From contig CAVQJC010000011.1 in assembly GCA_963712745.1 (NCBI GenBank), positions 192,001-256,000 on the forward strand: 64,000 nucleotides of DNA, given 5' to 3'. A program made the translations under genes and the position numbers. Source of the DNA: an uncultured Chloroflexia bacterium (GTDB lineage: Bacteria; Chloroflexota; Limnocylindria; Limnocylindrales; CSP1-4). The notes below the pieces were generated by a model. That model was not told where the DNA came from and ran no database searches. It saw only the letters and a program-made list of their open reading frames with translations. This document shows, piece by piece, positions 20,118-32,842 of this stretch (position 1 is the stretch's first letter; each line of letters begins with the position of its first letter).

Positions 20118-21135
20118 ATGGGCCTGAGGCGGCCGACCATCGTGGACGTGGCCGAGCGGGCGGGCGTGTCCAAGTCGCTGGTCTCGCTGGTCATGCGCGG
20201 TTCGCCGCGCGTCGGTGATGACAGTCGTCGGGCCGTCATGGAGGCAGCGCGCGAGCTCGGCTACCGGCCCAACGCCGTGGCCCGAAGCCTCGTGCGGCAG
20301 TCGTCTCGGGGTCTTCGGCTGCATCCTGTCCGACCTGCACAACCCCTTCTTCGCCGACGTCGCCGACGGCATCGAGGAAGGCCGCGACCAAGGGCGGCTA
20401 CCGAGCCATCCTGAGCGCCGGGTTCCTCGACCCGGCGCGTGAGGCCGGCGCGGTCGAGACGCTGCTGCAGCTGCAGGCCGATGGCCTGATCATGCTCGGC
20501 CCGATGATGGCCATGTCTGCGCCATCGAGGACGACGGCCCGTCACATCCCGGTCGTGGTGGTCGGCCACGACACGCACGCGGGTTCGATGGACTCGGTGC
20601 GCAACGACGACGAGGCCGGCGCGGCGGCGGTCGTGGACCACCTGGTCGGGCTCGGCCATGAGCGCATCGCGCACATCCACGCCGGAGCGGTCGGCGGCTC
20701 TCGCGGGCGCCGCGAGGGCTACGAGGCGGCCATGGTGCGCCATGGCCTCGGCGACCACGTCCGCAGCGTGCGCGGCGCCTTCACCGAGGACGGCGGCATG
20801 CGTGCGATGGGCTCCATCATCGAGAGCGGAGACCTGCCCACGGCGGTCTTCGTGGCCAATGACTTGGCCGCCATGGGTGCGCTCGAGGCGCTGGCAGCCG
20901 GCCGGGACTCCGCGTCCCCGACGACGTCTCGCTCGTGGGCTACGACGACATCATCACCTCGCACAGCGCGCGCGTGGCGCTCACGACGGTGGCGCAGCCG
21001 TCGGTGGAGATGGGCCGGACCGCGGTCAACCTCCTCCTCGAGCGCGCCGAGGGGGGACGTGCCGAGTCCCGCCACATCGTCCTGCCGCCGCGACTGGTCG
21101 TGCGTGGCTCGACCGCTGCTCCGGCCGCACGATGA
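20118..21135 (+). CDS. LacI-family repressor, several frameshifts
   Basis: TIVDVAERAGVSKSLVS HTH, LGYRPN, NPFF, GYDD, LTTVAQP. Confidence 0.88.
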
Positions 21136-23116
21136 GCCACGAGCCAGCCGTCCTCTGGCGGCCCCCGGCCGATGCCGCGTACCAGTACCGGCATGGGTCG
21201 CTGGCTCGGGTGGCTGGAGCGCGAGCGCGGACTTGCGCTTCGACGACTACGACGCGGCCTGGCGTGGTCGACGACGCGAGCTGGGCGCCTTCTGGGAGTC
21301 GGTCTGGGACTACTACGGGGTCCGCTCCGAGACGCCGTACGAGCGAGCGCGCTCGAGGGCGCTGGCATCGCCGACGCTCGCTGGTTCGGTGGAGCACAGC
21401 TCAACTTCGCGGAGCATGCGCTCCGGCTCAGCGGGCGAGCCGATGACGACGTCGTGGTGCTGGCGCGGTCACAGACGCGCGAGCCGATGGCGCTGACGGC
21501 CGCGGAGCTTCGCGACCAGGTCGCACGCGCCCGGACCGGCCTCGTCTGCCCTGGGGGTCGGACGCGGGGACCGGGTCGCTGCCTACGTCTCCAACATCCC
21601 CGAGGCGCTCGTGGCCTTCCTCGCTACCGCCGGCCTCGGAGCCATCTGGTCGTCGTGCTCGCCGGAGCTGGGCGCGCGAACGGTGGTCGATCGTTTCGGC
21701 CAGATCGAGCCCGTGGTGCTCGTCGCGGTCGACGGCTATCGATACGGCGACCAAGGTCATCGACCGAGCCGGCGAGGTCACTGCCGTCGCAGAGGCACTG
21801 CCGAGCCTTCGTGCGGTGGTGGTCATCCCGCATCTCGATGAGCGAGCCGGGTCGCATCCCCGGAGCGCATGCCGTGGCAGGAGCTCCTCACGCACGGCTC
21901 GCGGGTCGCGGTCGAGGCGGTGCCCTTCGAGCACCCGCTCGCCATCCTCTACTCGTCGGGTACGACCGGGCCGCCCAAGCCCATCGTGCATGGCCACGGA
22001 GGGCTGTTGCTCGAGCACCTCAAGCTGCTCGGCCTGCACACCGACCTGGGCCCGAGCGATCGCTTCTTCTGGTTCACCACGACCAGCTGGATGATGTGGA
22101 ACTACCTCACTTCCGGGCTGCTCGTCGGCTCCACCATCGTGCTCTTCGACGGCGACCCGGCCACGCCCGACCTGGGCTGCCTGTGGGAGCTGGCCGCAGG
22201 AGCACGGGCGTCACCTACTTCGGCGCCGGTGCCCCGTTCTTCATGGCCTGCCGCAAGGCCGGTCTGGAACCGCGGGCGTCGTACGACCTCTCCGCGACTG
22301 CGCGGCGTCGGCTCCACCGCGGCGCCGCTGCCGGCCAGTGGCTTCCACTGGATCGACGAGGCGGTGGCACCGGGGGTGCGGTCGGCTCGGTCTCCGGCGG
22401 CACCGACGTCTGCACCGGCTTCGTCGGCCCCAGCCCGCTCGTGCCGGTGTGGGCCGGAGAGATCAGCTGCCGCATGCTCGGTGCTGCCATCGTCGCCTAC
22501 GACGAGGCCGGCCGGGAGGTCGTCGGCGAGCGAGGCGAGCTCGTCATCACCCGGCCGCTGCCATCGATGCCGCTCGGCTTCTGGGGCGACCATGACGGTT
22601 CCCGCTACCGTGCCAGCTACCTCGAGGACCACCCCGGCGTCTGGCGCCACGGCGACTGGATCACCATCACCGAGCGCGGTTCCTGCCTCATCAGCGGCCG
22701 CAGCGACGCCACGCTCAACCGCGGCGGCGTGCGCCTGGGAACCGCGGACTTCTACAGCGTGGTCGAGGAGGTGCCCCAGATCGTCGACAGCCTGGTCGTC
22801 CACCTCGACGATGACGAGGGTGGACCGGGCGAACTGCTGCTCTTCGTGGTGCTCGCCGACGGACGCGGAGCTCGACGAGGAGCTGCGCCGTCGAGATCGC
22901 CAGCGCGCCTGCGCGCCCAGCTGTCACCCCGGCATGTGCCGGACCGCATCATGGCCGTCCGTGCCGATCCCCCGGACGCACTCGGGCAAGAAGCTGGAGG
23001 TGCCGGTCAAGCGCATCCTGCTCGGCGAGGCAGCCGAGCAGGTGGCATCACGCGGCGCACTCGCGGACCCCGCTGCTCTCGATGACTTCGTTCGACTCGC
23101 CGGGGAGCGAGCCTGA
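21132..23116 (+). CDS. Acetoacetate--CoA ligase, many frameshifts
   Basis: [70 protein letters not shown]. Confidence 0.88.
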
Positions 23117-23142
23117 CGCTGCCCACACGCAAGGAGACCACC

Positions 23143-24367
23143 ATGAATCGAGCACCCGGGGGCGATGTCTTCGTCGTTTCTGCAGCACGCACGCCGATCG
23201 GCTCGCTCGGCGGTGCACTGGCCGGTGTGTCCGCAACACGGTTGGGCGCGGTCGCTATCGCGGCCGCCGTCGAGCGGGCAGGCGTCCCCGGCGAGCGGGT
23301 CGACGAGGTCTACATGGGCCAGGTGCTGCAGGCCGGCGCGGGGCAGGCACCTGCGCGCCAGGCGGCTCTCGGGTCCGGCCTGCCCGGAGTCCGTTCCGGC
23401 CACCACCATCAATCGCGTCTGCGGCTCGGGCCTCAAGGCCATCATGCTCGCCGCCGCGGCTATCAGGGCCGGCGATGCCGAGGTCGTGGTCGCCGGCGGC
23501 ATGGAGTCGATGAGCCAGGGTCCGTACCTGCTGCCGAAGGCGCGTTTCGGCTACCGGCTCGGCCACGGCGAGCTCGTGGACGCCACCGTGGCCGACGGCC
23601 TGTGGTGCTCCATCGAGGACTGTCACATGGGCACACACGCGGAGCGTGTCGCCATCGCCGAGTCCATCTCGCGAGCAGACCAGGACGCCTTCGCGCTGGA
23701 GAGTCATCGGCGCGCGGTGGCCGCCATCGACGCCGGCCGGTTCAGCGCCGAGATGGCTGCGGTCACCGTGACCGGCCGGCGTGGTGAGGAGTCGGTCGTC
23801 GATACCGACGAAGGGCCACGCCGGGACACCAGTGCCGACGCACTCGCGAGGTTGCGGCCTGCGTTCGCGTTGCCCGACGATGCCAGCGAGGGCGCGGGTG
23901 CGACCGTGACCGCGGGCAATGCGCCGGGCATCACCGACGGGGCCGCGGCCACGGTCGTGGCCGGCGAGCGGGCGGCGGCAGAGCTCGGCCTCCAGCCTCT
24001 GGCCCGGATCGTGGGCTACGCCCAGGCGGAGCTGGCTCCTCGCTGGCTGTTCCTCGCGCCGGTAGAGGGCGTGCGCTCGCTCGAAGCGCGCACCGGTCTG
24101 GGGGTGGCTGACTATGACCTCATCGAGATGAACGAGGCCTTCGCCTCCCAGGTCCTCGCCGACGTCCGCGCGCTCGGCGCGGACTCGTCGCGGGTGAATG
24201 TCAATGGCGGCGCCATCGCCCTGGGTCACCCCATCGGGGCGTCCGGTGCCCGTATCGTGGCCACCCTGCTGCACGAGCTGCGGCGACGCGACGGCCGCTA
24301 CGGACTGGCCACGCTGTGCCTGGGCGGCGGCGGCAGCGTGGCCATGGCCTTCGAGAACGTGCGCTGA
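23143..24367 (+). CDS. Acetyl-CoA C-acetyltransferase (thiolase), one frameshift near 23385
   Basis: [25 protein letters not shown]. Confidence 0.92.
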
Positions 24368-24434
24368 GGCCGCAGGTACGGGTCAGCTGTCACCTGGTCG
24401 GATAGGCTGGCGCACGTCGCGCGTCGGCCCGCAG

Positions 24435-24489
24435 GGACGAGCCAGCCCGACCGGACGAGCGGAGCCCGACCGGACGAGCGGAGCGCCCC
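24435..24489. repeat. Short tandem repeat, about 3 copies of GGACGAGCGGAGCCCGACC
   Basis: Seen directly between convergent genes. Confidence 0.6.
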
Positions 24490-24559
24490 GCCATCATCGG
24501 CGAGGCGCTCTGGGTGCTGGTTCCGACAGGCCGCCCTCACGCGGCTCAGACGGTCGGGC

Positions 24560-25735
<1,176 letters not shown>

Positions 25736-26222
25736 ACCGAAACACCTCCTCCACCGACCGGTCGCGGGCTCTTGCATCTGCCGACCGCATTGGCCTGCTG
25801 GACGAGCCCCGTACGCCTGCCGGGGATGCGGCCATCCTAGCATTCGTAGGCACGGGTCCAAAGCCGAGTGGGCCGGCGGTGGCGACCTCTGGACTCTGTC
25901 GGGATGGCTATTGGTGGGAATCGGCTCCGGCTTCGGACGACCCACCAGTCCGCCTCACGGTGTCGTCACCGCGGCACCGGCGCCGGTGACCGACCTACCG
26001 CGTGCGCATTCTTCGCAGTGATCGAAGGCGGCCGAGCCCAGGCGTCAGCTCTGGCCGGGTCACGACGACCCAGCCCTTCCTGCGTAACCTCTGCCAAGCT
26101 CAGGATCTGCGCTCCGAGGCCCGGATGACGGTGCTCGGCACCGATACGGCGACGCAAACCGTCTCCGAGGTTCGAAGCGTTCAATGACTGCGAAGAGTCG
26201 GCTTACGCTCGGTGCAGCCGGC

Positions 26223-26365
26223 CTACCGTTCGCGGACGAAGGCGATGAGGTCGCTGATGTAGCCGTGCGCCGGGCCGGTGACCGTGTCGGCAGCGCCGTA
26301 GTAGACGCTGATCCGGTCGCCCTCGGTCAACGCAGCGCAGGGGAAGAACACGCTGGGCGCGTACG
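26223..26365 (-). pseudogene. 3' remnant of a GH130 mannoside phosphorylase
   Basis: SVFFPCAALTEGDRISVYYGAADTV resembles the GH130 C-terminus; the 5' part is absent. Confidence 0.7.
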
Positions 26366-26835
26366 CGCTGAGCCTCTCGCCGGCCTTCACGCCGCGCTTC
26401 GCCGAGAGCCTGTTCATGCACTGGTTCCTGCCCGTCCTGTCCCTCTTCCTGGTGGGCTTCGGAGGCTGGGCCATCGGCATGCGCAACCTCATCATCTACG
26501 AGTTGGACGCAGACTGCAGCCGCCATCTCCAGTCGCTCGGTGCACCGGGCAAGCCGGTGCGCAAGTGCGCCTACCGCAATGCCCTCCTGCCACAGCTCAC
26601 CGGACTGGCACTATCGCTCGGCGTGATCGTCACCGGCGCCCTGGTGACCGAGGTCGTCTTCTCCTACCCCGGCCTGGGCTACCTGACCCTGCAGGCCATC
26701 AACTCGACCGATCTCTTCCTCCTGCAGGGCGTCTTCCGCTTCGTGATCATCGGCGTCCTACTGGCCAACTTCATCATCGACATCGTCTATGTCCTGGTCG
26801 ATCCCCGGGTCCGGCTCGGGATGGAGGACAGCTGA
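26359..26835 (+). pseudogene. 3' remnant of an Opp/Dpp-type (DppB) permease
   Basis: HWFLPVLSL, GMRN, RNALLPQLTG, TEVVFSYPGLG; N-terminal half missing. Confidence 0.75.
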
Positions 26836-27130
26836 TGAGCCAGATCGTGGCGCCCGAGCCCGCTGGTGGGCCCGGCGGCGTCGGGACAGGCACCCAGGCC
26901 AGGGCCCCCAGGAAGGTCGGCCGGGTCCGCGAGTTCCTCCTTTTCGCCCTTCGCGACAGGCGCATCTTCATCAGCCTCACCGTCATCGTCACACTCCTGC
27001 TCGTGGCACTGATCGGTCCTCAGCTGCGTGAGTACGGCCCAACCGACTACGTCGGGCTAGCTGGCCAGGCCCCATCCGCGGAGTACCGGTTCGGGAAGAC
27101 CATGTGGTGGTGGTTCATGCCACGTCACCT
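26835..27130 (+). pseudogene. Internally deleted Opp/Dpp-type (DppC) permease
   Basis: N-terminal TM and APSAEYRFG motif joined directly to the C-terminal WWWFMP motif. Confidence 0.65.
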
Positions 27131-27208
27131 GTGCCACCGTCGACGAGGACGGGGGCTGTGTCCAGAACCGGCCGGTCAAGGCCGCCTGACCCCATGGAGC
27201 GATCGAAC

Positions 27209-28600
27209 ATGACTGACGACGGGCCCATCCGGTTTCCCGAGGGCTTCCTCTGGGGTGCGGCGACCAGCTCCTTCCAGATCGAGGGTGCCGTGCACCAGGA
27301 CGGACGCGGTCCCAGCATCTGGGACACCCAGTGCCACGCCACGAACCTCGTGCGGGACGGCCATACGGGCGACGTGGCGGCCGACCACTACCACCGCTGG
27401 GCGGACGATGTCGACCTCATGGCCCGGCTGGGCCTGCGTGCCTACCGCTTCAGCGTGGCCTGGCCGCGCATCCAACCCACGGGCTCGGGGCCACTGAACC
27501 AGCCCGGCATCGACTTCTACTCCCGCCTGGTCGACCGGCTGCTGGACCACGACATCACACCCATGCTGACGCTGTTCCACTGGGACATGCCGCAGGCACT
27601 GGAGGACGCCGGTGGCTGGCCGGCGCGCGACACCGCGTTCCGCCTCGCCGAGTACGCGGCCATCGTCTTCGAGGCTCTCCACGACCGAGTGCCGCTATGG
27701 GCCACGCTCAATGAACCGTGGTGCTCCTCGCTGCTGGGGTACGCCGAGCCGTCACATGCACCGGGCCACCAGGACCCGGTCGAGGCCACGCGCGCAATCC
27801 ACCACCTGAACCTCGCCCACGGGCTGGCCATCGAGGCCATGCGCGCTATCGACCCGGTGCCCGAGCACGGCGTCGTGCTGAACCTCACTCCCATCCACGT
27901 GGTCGGCGATGATCCCGACGGAGCCGCTGCCGACGGCGCGCGCCGCTACGACGCCCTGCGCAATCGAGTGTGGCTGGAGCCGATGCTGCTCGGTCGCTAT
28001 CCCGAGGATGCCTCCGAGGACCTCGAGGCCTTCGGTGGGCTGCCGATCGACGAGGGGGACCTGGAGCTCATCGCGCAGCCCCTGGATTGGCTAGGCATCA
28101 ACTACTACAACGACAACTACCTGCGCGCGGAGCCGGGTGCCTCGATCACGCATACGCCTGGCCTGCGCGATACGACCGGATACGCCCCCGGTCCGGGCTA
28201 CACCGACATGGGCTGGCCGATCACGCCGGACGGCCTGCGGGCCCTGATGGTGGAGCTGACCGAGACGTACCCGGGCCTGCCGCCCATCTACATCACCGAG
28301 AACGGCTGCGCCTACGACGACCCGGTCGTGGATGGCGCGTGCCACGACCCGCGTCGCATCGCCTATCTCGGCGCCCACCTTCGCGCGGTCCATGCCGCCA
28401 TCGAAGCGGGGGTCGATGTGCGGGGCTACTTCCAGTGGTCGCTGTTGGACAACTTCGAGTGGTCACATGGTTATCACATGCGCTTCGGCATGGTGCACGT
28501 CGACTACGACACGCTCGAGCGCACGCCCAGGGACAGCGCCCGGTGGTACCGGGACGTCATCACCCGCAACGGGCTGGAGGCCGGCCCAGGGCTGGACTAG
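27209..28600 (+). CDS. GH1 beta-glucosidase
   Basis: FLWGAATSSFQIEG, TLNEP (acid/base), ITENG (nucleophile), DNFEW. Confidence 0.95.
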   Translation: MTDDGPIRFPEGFLWGAATSSFQIEGAVHQDGRGPSIWDTQCHATNLVRDGHTGDVAADHYHRWADDVDLMARLGLRAYRFSVAWPRIQPTGSGPLNQPGIDFYSRLVDRLLDHDITPMLTLFHWDMPQALEDAGGWPARDTAFRLAEYAAIVFEALHDRVPLWATLNEPWCSSLLGYAEPSHAPGHQDPVEATRAIHHLNLAHGLAIEAMRAIDPVPEHGVVLNLTPIHVVGDDPDGAAADGARRYDALRNRVWLEPMLLGRYPEDASEDLEAFGGLPIDEGDLELIAQPLDWLGINYYNDNYLRAEPGASITHTPGLRDTTGYAPGPGYTDMGWPITPDGLRALMVELTETYPGLPPIYITENGCAYDDPVVDGACHDPRRIAYLGAHLRAVHAAIEAGVDVRGYFQWSLLDNFEWSHGYHMRFGMVHVDYDTLERTPRDSARWYRDVITRNGLEAGPGLD

Positions 28601-30993
28601 CTGATCTCCACCGTCGTGAAGAACCGCGAGCGCGCCGTCAGCTGACGCACCTCGCCCACGACCTCGAACTCGGCCGTGAGCGGCAGGTCTGCCGCGGACG
28701 TTCCGACCATCACGCGGTGCCGACCCGGCTCCACCCGCAGGCGCCCGTCGACGCCCGTGAACACGAACTGCTCCACGGCCAGCCCGAAGGTGACCGTTCG
28801 GCGCTCTCCTGGTGCGAGGGTGACTCGCGCGAAGCCGCGGAGCTCCTTCACCGGCCGCGTCACACTCGCGTGGAGGTCGCGCACGTACAGCTGAACGACC
28901 TCGTCGGCGGCGCGCTCTCCGACGTTGGCCACCTCGACGCTGAGCGCGACCTCGCCGTCGATGGGCGTCACGTCGCGGTCGAGCCGCAGCGCCGAGAGCT
29001 CGAAGCGCGAGTAGGAGCGCCCGAAGCCGAACGGCCACAACGGTCGGTGCGGTCCGTCGACGTAGTCCTCGTGCCACTGCGAGCGGCCGCCGGAGGGTTT
29101 GTGGGCGTAGTAGAGCGGTACCTGGCCGACATGCTGCGGCACCGTCACCGGCAGCTTTCCGCCGGGGCTCACATCACCGAAGACGACCTCGGCGATCGCT
29201 CGAGGGCCGGCCTCTCCAGGTACCCATGCATGCAGCACCGCCGCCGCAGAGCGTGCCTCCGCTGGGATGGCCAGCGGTCGACCCGCCACCAGCAGCAGTA
29301 CGACCGGCGTGCCGGTGGCGGCGACAGCATGGAAGAGCTCCGCCTGTCGACCGGGCAGGCCCAGCTGCATCCGGTCGCGGGTCTCGCCGCAGGTGCACTC
29401 GGCGGTGAGGCCGGACCGCTCGCCCAGCACGAGGATGGCTACATCGGCCTTGCGGGCGACATCGACCGCTGCCTCGATCTCTGCGTCCTCCCCGTCGAGC
29501 ACGCCGCAGCCGCGCGCGTACTCGACCCGTGTCGACTCGGGCGCCCGCTCGCGGATGCCGTCGAGGACCGTCATCCACGACGCAAGCTCGTCGGCCAGCT
29601 GGAGGTCGAGCGGCGCGGCGTTGCCGGCGACGCCTTCACGACCCCGGTTCTCCAGCAGGGTCTCGATATGCACCAGGTGGCCATAGTCACCCACGAGCAC
29701 CCGTGCATCGTCGGCGTTGGGGCCGATGACCGCGATCGAGCGCAGGTCCGCGGACAGCGGCAGCGCGCCGTCGTTCTCGAGTAGCACGATGGAGCGTCTG
29801 GCGATCTCGAGCGCCACCGCGCCGTCCTCGTCGGCCTCCACGCCTGCCGCGCCCGGATCGGCGTATGGCTGCTCGAACAGGCCGAGACGGAGCTTCGTCC
29901 GCAGCACCCGCTCGACCGCCATGTCGATCAGGTCCACGTCCACCCGGCCGTCCTCGAGGGCGCGCCGGAGCGGCTCTCCGTACGCTGCCGTTGCCGGCAG
30001 CTCCATATCTAGGCCGGCCTCGAGCGTCATCACCGCTGCCTGCGACAGGTCGTCGACGAGCCCATGCAGCGTCAGCAGTTGCTCGATGCCCAGGTAGTCC
30101 GCGACCACGATGCCGTCGAATCCCCAGCGCTCGCGCAGGATCGACGTCAACAGCTCCCGAGAGGCGGCACAGGGCACCCCGTCGACGTCGTCGTAGGCGT
30201 GCATCATCGAACCCAGTCCGGCGCCACGCACGGCTGCCTCGAAGGGAAAGAGGAAGGTGTCGAGCAGCTCCCGCATACCGACGTGGGCAGGAGCCTGGTT
30301 GAGGCCGCCTTCGGGCAGGCCATGGCCGACCATGTGTTTGCCCGTGGCGATCACGGGCCGCTGCCCGTCAGGCGTCTCCTGGATGCCCCGCACGTAGGCG
30401 CAGCCCAGCTCTGCGACCAGGTAGGAGTCCTCGCCGTAGGTTTCCTCGAGCCGACCCCAGCGGGGGTCACGGGTGATGTCGAGGACCGGCGCCAGGGCCT
30501 GGCTGGCCCCGGTCGCCCGCAAGTGCCGCCCGATGCGGCCAGCCATCCGCTCGGCAAGAGCCGGGTCCCAGGTCGAAGCCAGGCCGATGGCCTGCGGGAA
30601 GCAGGTGGCGTCACGGGCCATGACCCCGTGAAGGGATTCCTCGTGGATGATGGCAGGGATCCCCAGCCGCGTCTCCTCGACGAGGAACCGCTGGATGGCA
30701 TTGCCTAGCTCTGCGACCATCTCTGGCGGCAGATTGGTAGCGCCGGCCACGCGCGTCACCTGGCCCAGCCCCTCCGCCATGTGCTGGCGCGCGCCTGCTG
30801 GCTCAAGCTCGCCGCCATCGGACAGCTCGAAGGCCCAGGCCGAGCCCAGCTGCGCGATCTTCTCCGCTGGCGTCATCCGGCCCAGCAGGTCGAGCGCCCG
30901 TTCGTCTATGGATCGTGAGGCGTCACGGTAGGCCGGAGCTTGTGGCCCGTCGGCCCCGGCCTGGGGCTGCGCCACATCGGTGAGTTCAGACAT
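28597..30993 (-). CDS. GH3 beta-xylosidase/beta-glucosidase
   Basis: RLGIP, RDPRWGR, KH, VVADY, GKLPVT, C-terminal Fn3-like domain; alternative start 31017. Confidence 0.93.
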   Translation of the reverse strand: MSELTDVAQPQAGADGPQAPAYRDASRSIDERALDLLGRMTPAEKIAQLGSAWAFELSDGGELEPAGARQHMAEGLGQVTRVAGATNLPPEMVAELGNAIQRFLVEETRLGIPAIIHEESLHGVMARDATCFPQAIGLASTWDPALAERMAGRIGRHLRATGASQALAPVLDITRDPRWGRLEETYGEDSYLVAELGCAYVRGIQETPDGQRPVIATGKHMVGHGLPEGGLNQAPAHVGMRELLDTFLFPFEAAVRGAGLGSMMHAYDDVDGVPCAASRELLTSILRERWGFDGIVVADYLGIEQLLTLHGLVDDLSQAAVMTLEAGLDMELPATAAYGEPLRRALEDGRVDVDLIDMAVERVLRTKLRLGLFEQPYADPGAAGVEADEDGAVALEIARRSIVLLENDGALPLSADLRSIAVIGPNADDARVLVGDYGHLVHIETLLENRGREGVAGNAAPLDLQLADELASWMTVLDGIRERAPESTRVEYARGCGVLDGEDAEIEAAVDVARKADVAILVLGERSGLTAECTCGETRDRMQLGLPGRQAELFHAVAATGTPVVLLLVAGRPLAIPAEARSAAAVLHAWVPGEAGPRAIAEVVFGDVSPGGKLPVTVPQHVGQVPLYYAHKPSGGRSQWHEDYVDGPHRPLWPFGFGRSYSRFELSALRLDRDVTPIDGEVALSVEVANVGERAADEVVQLYVRDLHASVTRPVKELRGFARVTLAPGERRTVTFGLAVEQFVFTGVDGRLRVEPGRHRVMVGTSAADLPLTAEFEVVGEVRQLTARSRFFTTVEIS

Positions 30994-31013
30994 GGGTTCC
31001 CCCTTTGGTCGCG

Positions 31014-31889
31014 TCATCCCTTGACCGCTCCGGCCGTGAGACCGCCCACGATCTGGCGTTCGGCGATGACGTAGAAGACGAGTGCGGGCACCATCGACAA
31101 CGTCGTGAACGCCAGGATGAGCGCGTAGTCCGCGGTGTACCGATCAGAGAAGTTCATGACGCCCAGCGGCAGCGTCCACTGGTCCGCGGTCCGAAGGACC
31201 AGCAAGGGCAGCAGGAACGCGTTCCAGCTGCCGACGATGGCGAGGACCGATACCGTCGCGAGGGCCGGCCTCGACAGCGGTAGTGCCACCCGCCAGAAAA
31301 ACCCGAACGTGCCGCAACCGTCGATGCGAGCGGCGTCTTCAAGCTCGAAGGGGATGGCGCGGAAGAATGGTCGCAGGATGATGATGGTGATGGGCAGTGC
31401 GAAGGCCGCCTGCGGCAAGGCCACGCCCCACCACGTATTGAGCAGCGTGAGCTGACGGACCAGGATGAAGAGGGGCAGGATGGCCACGGCGGCAGGAAAG
31501 AGCAACCCCAGTACGAAGAGCGTATAGACCGCCTCACGTCCCGGGAACCGCATGCGCGCGAAGGCGAACGCCGCCAGCGCGGCCAGCGCAACTGCGGTGA
31601 ACGTGGTGATCGCCGCGATCGCCACGCTGTTGAGGAGCTCGGTCCAGTACTCGCCCGACGTGAGCACCTCGATGTAGTTGTGCGGCCACCAGTCGGTGGG
31701 CAGGGCAAACGGCCGGTTCAGCAGCTCGCCGGTCGTGCGGAGGCCCCCGATGGTGGCATAGGCCAGGGGCACGATGATGGCTGCTGCCACCGAGAACATG
31801 ACCACGACGCGGAATGAGGTGAAGAGGTAGCGTCGTGCGCGCCGCCCCGCGGTGGGCGCCGGTGGGACAGAGGCGGGTCTTGCCATCAC
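31014..31889 (-). CDS. Carbohydrate ABC permease (MalG-type)
   Basis: EAA loop ELEDAARIDG, WNAFLLPL. Confidence 0.93.
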   Translation of the reverse strand: MMARPASVPPAPTAGRRARRYLFTSFRVVVMFSVAAAIIVPLAYATIGGLRTTGELLNRPFALPTDWWPHNYIEVLTSGEYWTELLNSVAIAAITTFTAVALAALAAFAFARMRFPGREAVYTLFVLGLLFPAAVAILPLFILVRQLTLLNTWWGVALPQAAFALPITIIILRPFFRAIPFELEDAARIDGCGTFGFFWRVALPLSRPALATVSVLAIVGSWNAFLLPLLVLRTADQWTLPLGVMNFSDRYTADYALILAFTTLSMVPALVFYVIAERQIVGGLTAGAVKG

Positions 31890-32822
31890 TCACTCCGCCC
31901 CCGTCATGGCGCCCTCGACGTCGCGCGACATGACGTAGCGCTGATACAGCAGTGCGAGGACGAGCGCGATGACGAAGATGATGACCGCGACCGCGCTGCC
32001 GTATCCGAGTTCCTGGCGGCGGAAGCCCCAGTCGTACATGTAGATGGCCATGGTGTTGGAGGCGTTGACGGGTCCACCCTTGGTCGTGGCCCAGACGAGG
32101 TCGAACAGCTGTAGCGCTCCGATGATCGACAGGAAGACCGAGACGCGGATGGTCGGTCCCAGCAGCGGCAGCGTGATGTGACGGATGGTCTGGTTCCTGC
32201 TGGCTCCGTCGACGAGGGCCGCTTCCTCGACCTCCCGCGGGATGTTCTGGAGTCCCGCCAGCATGATGACCATGTGGAAGCCGAAGTACTTCCACGAGAT
32301 GATCACGAAGAGCGTGTACATGACGACATCGGGGTCGGCCAGCCAGAGCTGGACCATGAACCCCAGCCCGACCGACTCAAGGACCTGGTCGACCATCCCG
32401 TGGGGGACCAGCATCAACTGGAAGACGATGCCCGCGATGACCTCGGCGATGACGTACGGCGCGAAGAACAGCACACGCAGGACTGCGCGTCCCGGGAAGT
32501 CCCGGTTGAGCAGCAGGGCCAGGCCGAGGGCGAACGGGATCTGGATGACGAGCGAGAGGATGACGATCAGTGCGTTGTGGGAGATGGCGCCATGGAAGAC
32601 CCGGTCCGACAACGCCCTCTGGTAGTTCTCGAGCCCGACGAAGTCCGTGAGCGGCTTGAGCCCGTTCCAATCGAAGAGGCTGTAGAAGCCCGCCTGCGCG
32701 ATTGGCAGCAGTACCAGCAGCGCGTACAGGCCCAACGCGGGCAGGACGAACAGGCCGACGGTGCCCCATCGTCTCCATCGGATGCTGCGCAGCCGTGGCT
32801 GGTCCGTGGGCGCGGCGGTCAC
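31890..32822 (-). CDS. Carbohydrate ABC permease (MalF-type)
   Basis: FVGLENY, EEAALVDGA, GYGSA. Confidence 0.93.
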   Translation of the reverse strand: MTAAPTDQPRLRSIRWRRWGTVGLFVLPALGLYALLVLLPIAQAGFYSLFDWNGLKPLTDFVGLENYQRALSDRVFHGAISHNALIVILSLVIQIPFALGLALLLNRDFPGRAVLRVLFFAPYVIAEVIAGIVFQLMLVPHGMVDQVLESVGLGFMVQLWLADPDVVMYTLFVIISWKYFGFHMVIMLAGLQNIPREVEEAALVDGASRNQTIRHITLPLLGPTIRVSVFLSIIGALQLFDLVWATTKGGPVNASNTMAIYMYDWGFRRQELGYGSAVAVIIFVIALVLALLYQRYVMSRDVEGAMTGAE

Positions 32823-32842
32823 GCGCGTGCCTCCCTATGCAT

